Shown in pieces: positions 1 to 10,871 of a DNA stretch of 64,000 nucleotides. The stretch spans positions 1,472,001-1,536,000 of the forward strand of contig OZ240241.1 of the NCBI GenBank assembly GCA_965198115.1, read 5' to 3'. Below the pieces are notes generated by a model, which saw nothing but the letters and a program-made list of their open reading frames with translations, made no database searches and was not told where the DNA came from. Every line of letters begins with the position of its first letter. The first letter of the stretch is position 1. The stretch comes from Candidatus Latescibacterota bacterium. Lineage in GTDB: Bacteria; Latescibacterota; UBA2968. Both the position numbers and the translations under genes were made by a program.

Positions 1-727
1 CTTCACAGAGGCTCTCAGTCCCTACCAGAGATCCAAGATCGAGTGGGCCTGCTGCGACATGAGCGAAGCTTACATCGGAGCCATCCAGGAACACTGTCCG
101 AATGCCAAGCTGGTCCTCGATCGCTTTCACATCGTCAAGGCTCTCAATGCCGCCGTTGACGAGGTCCGTAAGGACCAGTGGCGTAAAGCTGCCCCGGATG
201 AGCGCAAAGCCATGAAGGGCCTCCGATGGCTCCTCTACCGGCACTCAGCGACACGCTCCAGAGGGGATACTCGGACACTCAAAGCACTGGAGAAGGCGAA
301 CTACCGAATCTATAGAGCCTGGAGACTCAAGGACGAGTTCGAGCAGTTCTGGGAATACAAAGCGCCCTGGGCTGCCGAACGCTTCCTGAAATGCTGGACG
401 ACGTCCGCACTCAGAAGTCGACTTGAACCCCTGCGAAAGTTCGTCAGGACCCTGCGACAGCACTTCTTCGGCGTCCTCGCATTCGTGAACACGCGTCTTA
501 CCAACGCCATCGCCGAAGGCCTCAACCGAATCGTCCAAATCGTCAAGAACCGAGCCAGCGGATTCCGCACACTCGACGCATTCAACGATATGATCTTCCT
601 TACCGTCGGAGACATAAACATCCCTGAGCAGATTCCGAAGAGGTTCCGCACACTCTAACCGCGCCCCCATGCCAGGAACCACGGCACCTTCACCCACTTC
701 ATCTCGTTGAGAGATCCGGATATAGCC
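1..727 (+). mobile_element. ISL3-family IS copy A (cut by window edge), nested in the left end of an IS1380
   Basis: Transposase C-terminus to 658 matches the other copies. Right IR ends GATCCGGATATAGCC at 727, followed by ATAAAAAA of the IS1380 left end. Confidence 0.95.
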
Positions 728-2345
728 ATAAAAAAGGTAGTCTCCTTGTACAAGTGTTTGTTTTTCCCTACATTAGGGCTGACACATCAAAACAACACTT
801 GGAAGGAACTACCGTGATAGAACCTAGTCAGATCCGGTTACCATTCGCAAGCATTTCGGGCAAGGTAGTTGAGGCTGATTTTGCCGGTGGCGCCGTCAGG
901 AGTGACGGTGGAGTTCTGTTGCTTCGCGCCCTTGAGTCTCAGATGGGATTGATCGCCAGAATGGTAGATGCTTTGCGAGATCGTCGTCACCCAAGCTATA
1001 TCGATCACACGCTTTTGGATCTTGTGAAGCAGCGTGTTTTTCAGATCGCTTGCGGCTATGAAGATGCCGTCGATTGTGATGATTTGCGCCACGATCCGGG
1101 CGTCAAGGCTGCCTGCGATCGGCTTCCTCTTTCCGGTCCTGATCTCGGGAGCCAATCAACGATGACACGACTTGAGAATGATGTGCGACGCTCGGATTTG
1201 TATCGGCTCGCACGGGCTTTTGTAGACGGGTTCATCGCATCGTATGACCAGGCACCCCCAAGCATCATTCTCGATATCGACGACACGGATGACCCAACGC
1301 ACGGTGCGCAACAATTTTCACTCTTCAACGCGTATTACAATGAACACTGCTATATGCCGCTACATATCTATGAAGGCCAAAGCGGCAAGCTCATTACGAC
1401 GATCTTGAGACCCGGGCATCCGACGAACGGTAAACAGGTCGTTTCTATTCTCAAGCGCTTGGTGGAACACCTACGCGGATCTTGGCCAAACGTGGAGATC
1501 ATCGTTCGCGCAGACTCAAAGTTCAGCTCACCAGAGATGCACGATTTCTGCGAAGACAACGGTATCTACTACGTTCTGGGCCAGGGCGCCAACTCCAGGC
1601 TCAAAGCGGCTGGACAAAACCTGATGGACCAAGCGCTACGTCTGAGCGAGCATAAGGAGACGATTCGCTTGTTCTCATCCTTCTCATATCAGGCTGGCAC
1701 CTACCGGCAGCCTCGCCGGATCATTCACAAGGCTGAAGTCACAAACGGCGAAGCAAATCCAAGATACCGCGTGACCAATTTACAGAGTAATCGAGACGGC
1801 TTTATCTATGATCGTATCTACTGCGCAAGGGGACGCACGGAAGGCTTCATCAAGGACCACAAAACATTCCTTCACTCCGATCGAACATCGTGCCACAAGT
1901 TTGAAGCCAACCAGTTCCGACTCTTTCTACACAGTGCTGCATACGCCTTGCTTCACGCACTCCGATCACAGGGACTCAAGGGCACCGCGTGGACCAAACC
2001 TCAGGTCAACACGATACAGAACCGTTTCCTCAAAATCGGCGCGAGAGTCATTGAAAGCGCACGAAGAATCCGATTCCATTTTCCAACATCGTATCCACTC
2101 AAAAACGTCTTGGTGTCAATCATCACCAGGCTCGAAACGAACACGCAGTAACAACGCCGATCTATACCGGGGACAGCTATGTACACGTCGCAAAACAACA
2201 CCTGTTCCGGACGAAAATCGTGACTCTTGCGACTCGTAGAGACCGCTTACGGGACCTTGGACATCCGAAGAAGCCGAGAACAAATCCTGTGCGTGATCAC
2301 ATCACTCCAAAACAACCTAAACTCAAATTCATGCATGATTCAGGC
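728..2345 (+). mobile_element. IS1380-family IS copy 1 (left tip displaced by ISL3)
   Basis: Near-identical to 61525-63155; right IR ATGCATGATTCAGGC ends at 2345, followed by TA. Confidence 0.93.
814..2151 (+). CDS. IS1380-family DDE transposase
   Basis: Motifs SDGGVLLL, GYEDAVD, ILDIDDTDDPTHGAQQ, RADS, YCARGRTE; GTG start after AAGGA. Confidence 0.92.
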   Translation: MIEPSQIRLPFASISGKVVEADFAGGAVRSDGGVLLLRALESQMGLIARMVDALRDRRHPSYIDHTLLDLVKQRVFQIACGYEDAVDCDDLRHDPGVKAACDRLPLSGPDLGSQSTMTRLENDVRRSDLYRLARAFVDGFIASYDQAPPSIILDIDDTDDPTHGAQQFSLFNAYYNEHCYMPLHIYEGQSGKLITTILRPGHPTNGKQVVSILKRLVEHLRGSWPNVEIIVRADSKFSSPEMHDFCEDNGIYYVLGQGANSRLKAAGQNLMDQALRLSEHKETIRLFSSFSYQAGTYRQPRRIIHKAEVTNGEANPRYRVTNLQSNRDGFIYDRIYCARGRTEGFIKDHKTFLHSDRTSCHKFEANQFRLFLHSAAYALLHALRSQGLKGTAWTKPQVNTIQNRFLKIGARVIESARRIRFHFPTSYPLKNVLVSIITRLETNTQ

Positions 2346-3691
2346 TAATGCTACCACCACACCTAGAATGCGGCCTTCCTCGTTCTTCAGTGAGGAGATA
2401 CGGGCATCCAGAACGATGCCTCGATCAAAGACGCGCTCGCCCTCGACCTGTCGGCTTTCTCCATCCTTCAGCGAAGCCAGAACAGCTCTCGCCGTATCGA
2501 CGCAACCCTGATCTTTCAAAAACGCCGAGCACGAACGGGCATTCAAGTTCAGACCATCACCGAAAATGCGTTCGACCGCGGGGTTATACTGAATGACTCT
2601 GCCTCGGAGGTCGGTCGACAGCACACCGCTGCCCACGCTGCTCAGGATGTTCTCGTTCTGTACCTTCACGGCAAGCATGTCCTGGTAGAGCTGCGCGTTG
2701 ACAAGGGCCGAACCCGCTTGCTGACCCATCAGCTCCAGCAGCTGCGCTTCCGAATCCGAGAACGACTCCACTCCCGATCGCGTTTCCTTGTCGACAACGC
2801 CAATACATCCCACGGTCCCGAGCGGTGCGATCAGGGCCCCCGCTTCGGCCATGCCCTTCGGCAGCTGAGCTGGAGTCAGACGAACGGGTGCTTCTTCGCG
2901 CGTGACCTTGTTCATTCTCCGCTTGAGCGAGAGATCGTCGAACAGGGGCTCGCGACCTGCATAGCCGATTTCATTCACGAGACGCAGGCGTCCTCCGGCT
3001 CTCTCCTTCAGAAACAGAAATCCCGCCCGAGCGTCGACCACGCCGACCGCCAGGGCCAACACCTCCTCGATCACGTTCGAGGCTTCCAGCGAGGACCCCA
3101 GACTCAGACCGGCCTGATAGAGCGTCTCGAGTTCCACAACCTTCCGATTCAGCTGAAAGTTGGATGCACCTACCTCGTCCACGAGACGCTGGCTGTAGAT
3201 CGTCACTGCGAGATGCCGACCGAGGGCGTCGATCAGGGCCAGGTCGTCGTCCGTGTAGGCTTCGACGAGGAACCGCGCGCCAAGTAGAAGAACACCCACC
3301 AGACATCCCCCCGTGGCCAGCGGCATGGCGACCCGTGCCCCCCTCTTCGCCACGAGCTGCCGAATCGGCCCACGTCGCTCACCGCCCGAGTCGAGAGCTG
3401 CAATGGTCCTGAGTGCCCAATCAGCGCCGTGCTGACGACGTCCGGCACGACGCGACTCGCTGGGACGGACAGCCCGACGCACGACGCACGCAGCACCCGG
3501 CTCGTCTCGGTCTCGTACAGCAAAAGGGCTCCCCCCGATACGGCGAGAGCCCCCATCGCGCCACGCAACGCGGCCGACAACGCCTGTTCCCGTCCCACAT
3601 CGCTCGCGAGAAGATCGCCCATCTCCCCGAGCGCACTCAGACCGAACATCAGACGTTCGGCGTAGTCGCTCGATGCGGAGGGTTCGTTCAC
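2346..3691 (-). pseudogene. GAF-GAF-PAS sensor protein, frameshifted near 3370 and truncated by IS1380
   Basis: N-terminal half is in ORF 3233..3691 and continues in the frame of 2340..3482 (GAF-like repeats, PAS-like ENILSSVGSGVLSTDLRGRV). It ends at the IS1380 IR. Confidence 0.8.
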
Positions 3692-4511
3692 GCGGCGGCG
3701 TCCTTTTCGATGAACTTCGTCAGCATCACGACGTTTCCCGTGTCATTGTAGAGCACCTCGTCCATAAGGCTGCGGATCAGATGGACACCCAGCCCCCGGG
3801 GCGCTTTCCGGCGGACTCCCGTTCGGCCATGTGCTTGCCCAGATCATCCGTCGGATCCTTCAGCGTTTCTGCGCTGAAGCCACCCCCCTCGTCCTCGACC
3901 TTCAGCACAACGCGGTCCGGCGCACAGTAATAGCTGACGAGGACTCGACGACGCTCGTCATACCGATTCCCCCACTCCATCGCGTTGTGGACAAGCTCAT
4001 CGATCGCCAGCATCAACTCATCCCGCGTGTCCTGATCGAGTTTGCTCTTTTCCAGCATCTCGACCAGTTCTTGCACCCGCGACACATATTCTTCTCTGCT
4101 GGGTACTGTGATCTCCACCCAATTCTCTCGCTCGACGCGGAAGGACCAATCGCCCGCGCTCCGCGATCGACGTCGCGAGGTTTTAAGACCGTGCAGGACT
4201 CGGAGCCCATCGTCGGTCGGATCGATGAAAGCCATCACACCCAGAAGCTCCAGGCGCTTTCGCTCCGACTCTTCCACTTCACCGACCACACCCAACGTCA
4301 GGTCCGGATGAGCTCGATGCAGGAACGCCGCGAGTCCTTCCTGCTCGTCAATATCGATTCGCGCGTCCATCGCCAGAGCATTCACTTCGCTCGCACGATC
4401 GCGCACGAGTTTGGCCGCACCTTCGGCCGAGGCGCTGCAGACGACCGTGTTGAACCCGGCTTTCGCTGCCGCTGCACGGACGACGTCCGCATCCGGTCCG
4501 ACATAGATCAA
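3688..4511 (-). pseudogene. Anti-sigma factor / RsbW-like HATPase with N-terminal receiver-like region, 1-nt deletion near 3790
   Basis: ELVHNAMEWGN and VEDEGGGF boxes. GKRPGG continues as LGVHLIRSLMDEVLYNDTGNVVMLTKF in another frame to a stop at 3688. Confidence 0.8.
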
Positions 4512-4530
4512 TCCGATGTTCGTGTCCCCC

Positions 4531-4869
4531 TCACGTTAGGTCCGCCAGTTCTCGCACGGACGGCACGAGGACAGCCTTGCCCAAGAGCCCCATGATCTTG
4601 AACGTCTTGACCAGGATGGGACGCGTCGTACAGAATGCGACCCGCCCTCCCCGCTCGTCATAGGCTTCGATCACTTCGATCAGCCTGGCTATCCCCACGC
4701 TGTTCACGACCTGCGTCGACGTCATGTCAAAAGCAGCATAAAACGCGCCCGCTTTGCCCAGCCGTTCGGCCACGTCGAGCAACGTCTGTCCGCCCTTGCC
4801 GTCCACGTAGTCTGGCGACGCAATCACGATCCACTGATTTCCCGCCCGATCTTTGATTTGTGTTGCCAT
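4531..4869 (-). CDS. STAS-domain anti-sigma factor antagonist
   Basis: 112 aa, VVNSVGIARL phospho-Ser loop, next to the RsbW-like gene. Confidence 0.8.
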   Translation of the reverse strand: MATQIKDRAGNQWIVIASPDYVDGKGGQTLLDVAERLGKAGAFYAAFDMTSTQVVNSVGIARLIEVIEAYDERGGRVAFCTTRPILVKTFKIMGLLGKAVLVPSVRELADLT

Positions 4870-4878
4870 CCTGACCTC

Positions 4879-5919
4879 TTAAGCGGCAACGGCTCTTCCT
4901 CGACGCACCGATTCAACTTCCTTAAAACATAGCCGAAGCGCCGACGCAGCCTTTTCTCCACAGAGCTCGGGGGAAGCCCGTCCCGTTCGAACGACGTCGA
5001 CTGCGGCCTGGATCTCCTTCTTGAAAGCGTCGCCCGATCCCAGGCGGGGTCTTCTCACCCTGCCGTCCTCCGTAATCACACAGAGCGGCGTGGTTTCGTG
5101 TGCCTTTCCCTCGAGGGTAGAGGCTTCATACGTGATCGTTGCTCGTTCGGTGTAGACTTCGAACCCGTGCGTGAAGGGACGTCCCTTCTTCGAAATCGCA
5201 CCGGATGCGCAGGTCACGGTCAAATCCGGACGACGATCGTAGCGGTAGGTGGTCGATGCGTACTCGACGTACGTGTCACGAATCAGTCGACCCGAGGACA
5301 CGACCCTGTCGGGCTGACCGCAAAGCAGCTGGATGAAGTGGACATCGTGGACGTGAAGGTCGACACCGGGCCCCCCGCTTCGTTTCAGATTAGAGACGCC
5401 TCGGGACCAATCGGGGCGCGAAATGATCCTTTTGAAGTGGGCGCCCAGAAGCTTCCCATACGTTCCCTCTGCGATAGCGGCCGACAACCACGCATACTGC
5501 GGAAAGAAGGGCAAGACGTGAGCGACCATCAGGTGGCGGTCGACCTTCTTCGCTTCGCGGACCATGCGTACGGCATCCTTGCTCGTCAACGCAATCGGCT
5601 TCTCCACCAGCACGTGCTTCCCCGCTCGCAGTGCCTCGATCGCTCGATCGGCGTGTTGATCGGAGGGGTAGCAAATGTCGATGAGGTCGATCTTCGGATC
5701 GTGAATCAACCGCTCGAACTCGGAATGGACGTCGACACCCGTCAGGTCGACCCGTCCTCCCGCTGCCCCGAAGTTTCCACCGATGCCACGCCAATCGCCC
5801 GTACGCTTTTGGGGGGATCGCGAACAGATCGCAGCCACCTTGCCCCCTCGAAGTCGGCCGCACGACCTGAAATGCGTCATTCCCATGAAGCCGATACCGG
5901 CGATGCCGATGCGAACCAT
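4879..5919 (-). CDS. Gfo/Idh/MocA oxidoreductase
   Basis: GIAGIGFMG Rossmann motif, KHVLVEKP, DLHVHD. Confidence 0.9.
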   Translation of the reverse strand: MVRIGIAGIGFMGMTHFRSCGRLRGGKVAAICSRSPQKRTGDWRGIGGNFGAAGGRVDLTGVDVHSEFERLIHDPKIDLIDICYPSDQHADRAIEALRAGKHVLVEKPIALTSKDAVRMVREAKKVDRHLMVAHVLPFFPQYAWLSAAIAEGTYGKLLGAHFKRIISRPDWSRGVSNLKRSGGPGVDLHVHDVHFIQLLCGQPDRVVSSGRLIRDTYVEYASTTYRYDRRPDLTVTCASGAISKKGRPFTHGFEVYTERATITYEASTLEGKAHETTPLCVITEDGRVRRPRLGSGDAFKKEIQAAVDVVRTGRASPELCGEKAASALRLCFKEVESVRRGRAVAA

Positions 5920-6028
5920 TTTCCCGCCCTGCTGAAGGTGAACAATCGACCGGCAGAATATAGTACCTGAACTTGGCGCATTCAAGCAACGGCGTGTCGG
6001 CCGCCCGCGTTCTGCTTACATTAGACCC

Positions 6029-7462
6029 ATGCTCGAAGACTCACTTTGTCTCCGTGTCGAGGGCTACGCACGGACCCACAAGCTGTTGCCGCCCGGGGGC
6101 TCGGTCGTCGTCGCCGTCTCGGGGGGGGCAGATTCCGTCGTGCTCCTCGACGTGCTCGATGGTCTGGCCGATCGCCGGGGTCTCGTGCTGCACGTGGCGC
6201 ACCTCGACCACGGGCTTCGTGCCGACGCCCAACAAGACGTCGAATTCGTAGAAACACTCTCGCGCGCCAGACGTCTAACATGCCACACGGCAAGGGCCGA
6301 AGTCTCCAAACGAGCGCGGTGCCGTGGTGAGTCTGTCGAAGAAGCCGGAAGGGAAGAGCGACGCGCGTTCCTGGATCGGGTGGCGCAGGCTGTCGGAGCA
6401 AACAGGATCGCCTTGGGCCACAACCTGGACGATCAGGCCGAAACGGTCCTGATGAGACTCACGCGGGGTGCGGGTTTGTCCGGACTCGCCGGAATCAGAC
6501 CCATCCGCCAAAACCGCTGGATCCGCCCACTCCTCTGTGTCTCCCGGGCCGAGATCGAAGCCTATGCCGCGCGTCACGACCTGCGCTACGTGACCGACTC
6601 GACCAACAGCGACAGACGTTATCTCAGGAACCGGGTCCGGCACGGACTCATTCCGCGTCTGAAAGACGACGTTTCAGCCGCCGTGCCTGCGGTGATTGCT
6701 CGATCGGCCGACTTGCTCCGAGCCGACGATGAATTCCTGGAGCAAACGGCGGTAGACGCCTTAAAAAACGTGACTTGCGTCCATACAGCTCGGAAGATTG
6801 CGCTTGATGGTCCGAAGTGTTTCGGTTATCATATATCGGTTCAGCGTCGTCTCTTCCGAATGGCCGCAATCAGGCTGGGAATCGACCTAAAAAGGCTGAC
6901 GGCGACGCGACTGATCGACGCTTTGGAGCGGCTGGCCCAAGGTTCCGCTCGCGTCGACCTCACGCAGGATCTCACCGCCTGTTTCGACGGGCGGCTCGTT
7001 GTTTTAGGGCGGGTTGTCGAGCCCTTCGAATGGGACCTTCACGATTCGGGTGTGACAGTGGCACCCGAAATCGGGGCCAGAGTAGTCGCTTCGTCCGATT
7101 GCGCGCTTCCCAGAAACCTGAAGAAGATCGATCCGTTCACCGCCTGGTTCGACCGATCCCGACTCGGAGCACTCAGCCTCCGATCGATCAGGAACGGAGA
7201 TCGCCTCGAGCCGTATGGCCTCTCGGGAACGGTCAAGGTCCACAAGCTCCTGATCGACCAAAAGATCCCCCGGATTCTGAGGGACGAGATTCCGGTCGTC
7301 GTCAGTGGCAATGAGCCAATCTGGGTCGTGGGGTTGCGCACTTCTGCACGCGCACCCGTCGGGCCACGAGCAGACGCGATACGGTTGGAGTTCACGGGGG
7401 ACTGGCGCCAGTTAGCGAACGCATTCAAACTTCCGTCTTCGAAAGTTCTCGCCCATGGCTGA
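6029..7462 (+). CDS. tilS: tRNA(Ile)-lysidine synthetase
   Basis: [10 protein letters not shown]-loop, [20 protein letters not shown]; synteny with ftsH. Confidence 0.96.
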   Translation: MLEDSLCLRVEGYARTHKLLPPGGSVVVAVSGGADSVVLLDVLDGLADRRGLVLHVAHLDHGLRADAQQDVEFVETLSRARRLTCHTARAEVSKRARCRGESVEEAGREERRAFLDRVAQAVGANRIALGHNLDDQAETVLMRLTRGAGLSGLAGIRPIRQNRWIRPLLCVSRAEIEAYAARHDLRYVTDSTNSDRRYLRNRVRHGLIPRLKDDVSAAVPAVIARSADLLRADDEFLEQTAVDALKNVTCVHTARKIALDGPKCFGYHISVQRRLFRMAAIRLGIDLKRLTATRLIDALERLAQGSARVDLTQDLTACFDGRLVVLGRVVEPFEWDLHDSGVTVAPEIGARVVASSDCALPRNLKKIDPFTAWFDRSRLGALSLRSIRNGDRLEPYGLSGTVKVHKLLIDQKIPRILRDEIPVVVSGNEPIWVVGLRTSARAPVGPRADAIRLEFTGDWRQLANAFKLPSSKVLAHG

Positions 7463-9587
7463 ACCCGATCCAAAAAAGACTGATCGCAACGAGGAACCCG
7501 TGCGACAGCCAAAGCAGCAACGCCCCGACGATTCTCGCCAACCCGACGGGAAGCGTCCGTGGCGACGGATTTCCAAAACCCTCGCGTTTTGGGTAATCTT
7601 CCTCCTCGTCGCGATTTTCGCCTCCAAGTTCCTGGGTAGCAACACGTCCAACGACGAAGTCGTCTTGAGCTACAAGGAATACAAGCAGCTGCTGGAGGCG
7701 GGCAAGATCGAGAGCGCCGTCATCATCGAAACGGAATTCCATGGTTCGCTGCTAGAACCCGAATTCACGAGCGGGCAACGGGGGCCACAAAGGAGCTACG
7801 ACGCGTTCGTCGTCAATCTCGGCGTCATCGACGCGGAAACGCGCTCCGAATGGGAAGAGCACGGCGTCAACTTCCGGTTCCAGAACAAGCCATTCAATTG
7901 GCTCAGCGTCTTTTTCAATTTCCTGCCCTGGCTTTTGTTCGTCGGTCTGTGGCTCTTCATCCTGCGGCAGATGCAGGGGGGGCCAAAGGGCGCGTTCAGC
8001 TTTGGAAAGAGCCGCGCCAAGCTCGTCTCCGAAGACCGGCCGAAGATTACGTTCAAAGACGTGGCCGGTGCCGACGAGGCCAAAGAGGAATTGCAGGAAA
8101 TCATCGAGTTCCTCAAAGATCCGCGTAAATTCCAGCGTCTGGGTGGCCGCATCCCGAAGGGCGTTCTGCTCGTCGGTCCCCCGGGAACCGGTAAGACCTA
8201 CATGGCCAAAGCCGTCGCCGGCGAAGCGGCAGTTCCGTTCTTCAGCATGAGCGGATCCGACTTTGTGGAAATGTTCGTGGGTGTGGGAGCTTCCCGGGTG
8301 CGCGACCTGTTCGAGCAGGGCAAGAACCACGCGCCGTGTATCATCTTTATCGACGAAATGGACGCGGTCGGACGTCACCGGGGTGCGGGTATCGGTGGCG
8401 GTCACGACGAGCGGGAGCAGACCCTTAACCAGCTCCTCGTCGAGATGGACGGTTTTGAATCAAAAGAAGGCGTCATCCTCATCGCCGCCACGAACCGACC
8501 CGATGTCCTCGACCCCGCTTTGATGCGCCCAGGCCGATTCGATCGTCAGGTCGTCGTCGATCTCCCCGATGTCAAGGGGCGTGAAGGTATCATCCGTGTC
8601 CACACACGGAACGTTCCCCTCGCGAAGGATGTGGAAATCAAAGTCATCGCGCGTGGCACCCCGGGGCTCTCTGGCGCAGACCTCGAGAACCTCGTCAACG
8701 AGGCGGCGCTATTGGCCTCCCGCCAGGATCGTTCCCGAGTGATGATGCAGGATTTCGAAGACGCCAAAGACAAGGTGATGATGGGCGTCGAGCGTCGAAG
8801 TATGGTCATTTCCGACGACGAGAAGCGACTCACGTCCTATCACGAAATCGGCCACGCCCTCATCGCCAAGCTGATACCCGAGAGCGACCCGGTCCACAAG
8901 GTCACGATCATACCGAGGGGGCGTGGACTCGGACTCACGACCTACCTCCCCGTCGACGAGCGTCACACCCTACGCGAGAGCTATTGCCGGGCCAGAATGG
9001 CTTACACCCTGGGCGGCCGCGTCGCCGAAGAGATCGTCTTTGGCGAGGTCACCACGGGCGCCTCCAACGACTACGCCCAGGCCACCGAACTGGCGCGACG
9101 CATGGTCTGCGATTGGGGCATGAGCGAACGTCTCGGCCCCATGTCCTACGGCCAGAAGCAAGACGAAATCTTCCTCGGCCGCGACATGGTACACCGCAGG
9201 GACTACAGCGACAACACGGCCGAAATCATCGATGAGGAAATCAAGGTCCTCATCACCGAAGCAGCCGACAGGGCACGCCGGCTGCTCCAGGACAACACAC
9301 CGCTCCTGCACGCCATGGCCGAAGCGCTGCTCGAGCACGAGGTCCTCGACGACGCCCAGCTCGACAGACTGATGCGGGGTGAAAAGCTCGAGCCACCCTC
9401 ACGCAACGGCCGGAACCAGGAGCTCACCGAAGCGCCGGAGTCGGCGACCGATGGCAAGTCGGCGACTGAAGACAAGTCGGCGACCGAGGGCGAAGAAGAC
9501 ACCGAGAAGATAGACCTAATCGACGAAAGCGAAGACCCGATCAGCGACGAACCCGAACCAGAAGAGACGAAACCGTCCGAAGACTGA
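7455..9587 (+). CDS. ftsH: ATP-dependent zinc metalloprotease FtsH
   Basis: Two TM segments, [22 protein letters not shown]. Confidence 0.98.
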   Translation: MAEPDPKKTDRNEEPVRQPKQQRPDDSRQPDGKRPWRRISKTLAFWVIFLLVAIFASKFLGSNTSNDEVVLSYKEYKQLLEAGKIESAVIIETEFHGSLLEPEFTSGQRGPQRSYDAFVVNLGVIDAETRSEWEEHGVNFRFQNKPFNWLSVFFNFLPWLLFVGLWLFILRQMQGGPKGAFSFGKSRAKLVSEDRPKITFKDVAGADEAKEELQEIIEFLKDPRKFQRLGGRIPKGVLLVGPPGTGKTYMAKAVAGEAAVPFFSMSGSDFVEMFVGVGASRVRDLFEQGKNHAPCIIFIDEMDAVGRHRGAGIGGGHDEREQTLNQLLVEMDGFESKEGVILIAATNRPDVLDPALMRPGRFDRQVVVDLPDVKGREGIIRVHTRNVPLAKDVEIKVIARGTPGLSGADLENLVNEAALLASRQDRSRVMMQDFEDAKDKVMMGVERRSMVISDDEKRLTSYHEIGHALIAKLIPESDPVHKVTIIPRGRGLGLTTYLPVDERHTLRESYCRARMAYTLGGRVAEEIVFGEVTTGASNDYAQATELARRMVCDWGMSERLGPMSYGQKQDEIFLGRDMVHRRDYSDNTAEIIDEEIKVLITEAADRARRLLQDNTPLLHAMAEALLEHEVLDDAQLDRLMRGEKLEPPSRNGRNQELTEAPESATDGKSATEDKSATEGEEDTEKIDLIDESEDPISDEPEPEETKPSED
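9438..9491 (+). repeat. Three imperfect 18-bp tandem repeats in the acidic FtsH tail
   Basis: (G/A)AGTCGGCGAC units encoding [18 protein letters not shown]. Confidence 0.7.
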
Positions 9588-9648
9588 CGAGCCTCCCGAT
9601 GGGATCTCGTGCGTGGCAGGGCCCAAGGGCCACTGCCACGTTTCTGTT

Positions 9649-10530
9649 ATGACCCAGCCCGCTCCCACACCTACCCTCCACGAACACACGTGGCGAGTCG
9701 GCCCACTCCAGGTCGATCTCTCGCGGCCTCGCGTCATGGGGATCCTGAACGTGACACCCGATTCGTTCTACGACGGCGGCCGGTTCAACACCATCGATGG
9801 TGCGATTGCTCGTGCGGAAGCGATGATCTCTCAAGGTGCCGACATCATCGACGTCGGCGGCGAGTCGTCCAGACCGGCTGGCCCCTACGGGAACGGCGCA
9901 GTGACCGTTCCCATCGAGGAAGAAATCGCACGTACCGCCCCCGTCATCGAAGGAATCGCAAAAAGATTCGACCGACCGATCTCCATCGACACGACCAAGT
10001 CGTCGGTGGCGCGTGCCGCCCTCGAATCGGGCGCAACCATCGTGAACGACATCACGGCAACGAACGCCGACCCGGATGTTCTGGACATCGTGGCAGGCAC
10101 CGGTGCGGGCATCGTTCTGATGCACATGAAAGGGACGCCCCGAACGATGCAGCGGGCGCCATCCTACACCGATCTGATCGGCGAAATCACGACCTATCTG
10201 GACCGCGCGGCAACGAAGTGTCTTGCGGCGGGGGTCACAACTGACCGCATCGTCATCGACCCGGGGTTCGGCTTCGGCAAGACACGGGCCCACAATCTCC
10301 AGCTCCTCCGCCGTTTACGTGATCTGCTGGATCTCGGATTTCCTGTGCTCGTGGGGCCCTCCAGGAAGACTTTTGTCGATCCTGAGGTTCCCCCGGAGAA
10401 TAGACTTGCCGGGAGCCTGGCCGCCGCCACGTTGGCCGTCGCGCACGGAGCGCGCATCGTCCGCACACACGACGTGGCGCCCACCGTCAAAGCCGTTGCG
10501 ATCGTGACTGCCTGCTTGCTCGACAATTGA
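9649..10530 (+). CDS. folP: Dihydropteroate synthase
   Basis: MGILNVTPDSFYDGG, DVGGESSRP, IDPGFGFGK, SRK, RTHDV. Confidence 0.96.
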   Translation: MTQPAPTPTLHEHTWRVGPLQVDLSRPRVMGILNVTPDSFYDGGRFNTIDGAIARAEAMISQGADIIDVGGESSRPAGPYGNGAVTVPIEEEIARTAPVIEGIAKRFDRPISIDTTKSSVARAALESGATIVNDITATNADPDVLDIVAGTGAGIVLMHMKGTPRTMQRAPSYTDLIGEITTYLDRAATKCLAAGVTTDRIVIDPGFGFGKTRAHNLQLLRRLRDLLDLGFPVLVGPSRKTFVDPEVPPENRLAGSLAAATLAVAHGARIVRTHDVAPTVKAVAIVTACLLDN

Positions 10531-10612
10531 CACATCCTTCATATTTACAGTATGTTATATTTACTTCTCAGTCTAATTACGGCTTGACAAAGTGTGCGCC
10601 ACCGAATAGATT
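10527..10612 (+). promoter_or_regulatory. Tandem sigma70-like promoters
   Basis: TTGACA-N18-TATGTT (10527-10556) and TTGACA-N17-TAGATT (10584-10612) in an AT-rich gap. Confidence 0.65.
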
Positions 10613-10654
10613 CTTCTGCCTCACGTTACAAACCGATTTGGAGTACGAAGTCGA

Positions 10655-10867
10655 ATGAATTCGTCGCTCGCCCGCTTTAAAGACGCGCAGATCATCCTAG
10701 ACGGGGATGACCAGTTCCTGCTCGTCGAGTTTAACGATGGCAAGATCCGCCAGTTTACGGCCAAAGAGATCTACGAGGCCACCGGCTACCTTGGCCATCC
10801 ACCGCCCGCCGACAAAATGACCGGCGCCGAACGCCGAGCATCAGAAATCATGAGACGCAAACGCTGA
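10655..10867 (+). CDS. Small hypothetical protein (70 aa)
   Basis: GGAG upstream, typical codon usage, 4 nt before the next gene. Confidence 0.7.
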   Translation: MNSSLARFKDAQIILDGDDQFLLVEFNDGKIRQFTAKEIYEATGYLGHPPPADKMTGAERRASEIMRRKR

Positions 10868-10871
10868 TCCC

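Noticed and set aside
245-697. Recurrent 150-aa and 113-aa ORFs (also near 29409, 32242, 47199, 56498, 60589)
   Set aside because: Antisense shadows of the ISL3 transposase, repeated only because the IS is repeated.
707-734. Hybrid promoter TTGAGA-N16-TAAAAA at the ISL3/IS1380 junction
   Set aside because: Weak -10, and IS1380 already has an internal TTGTAC-N17-TACATT candidate.
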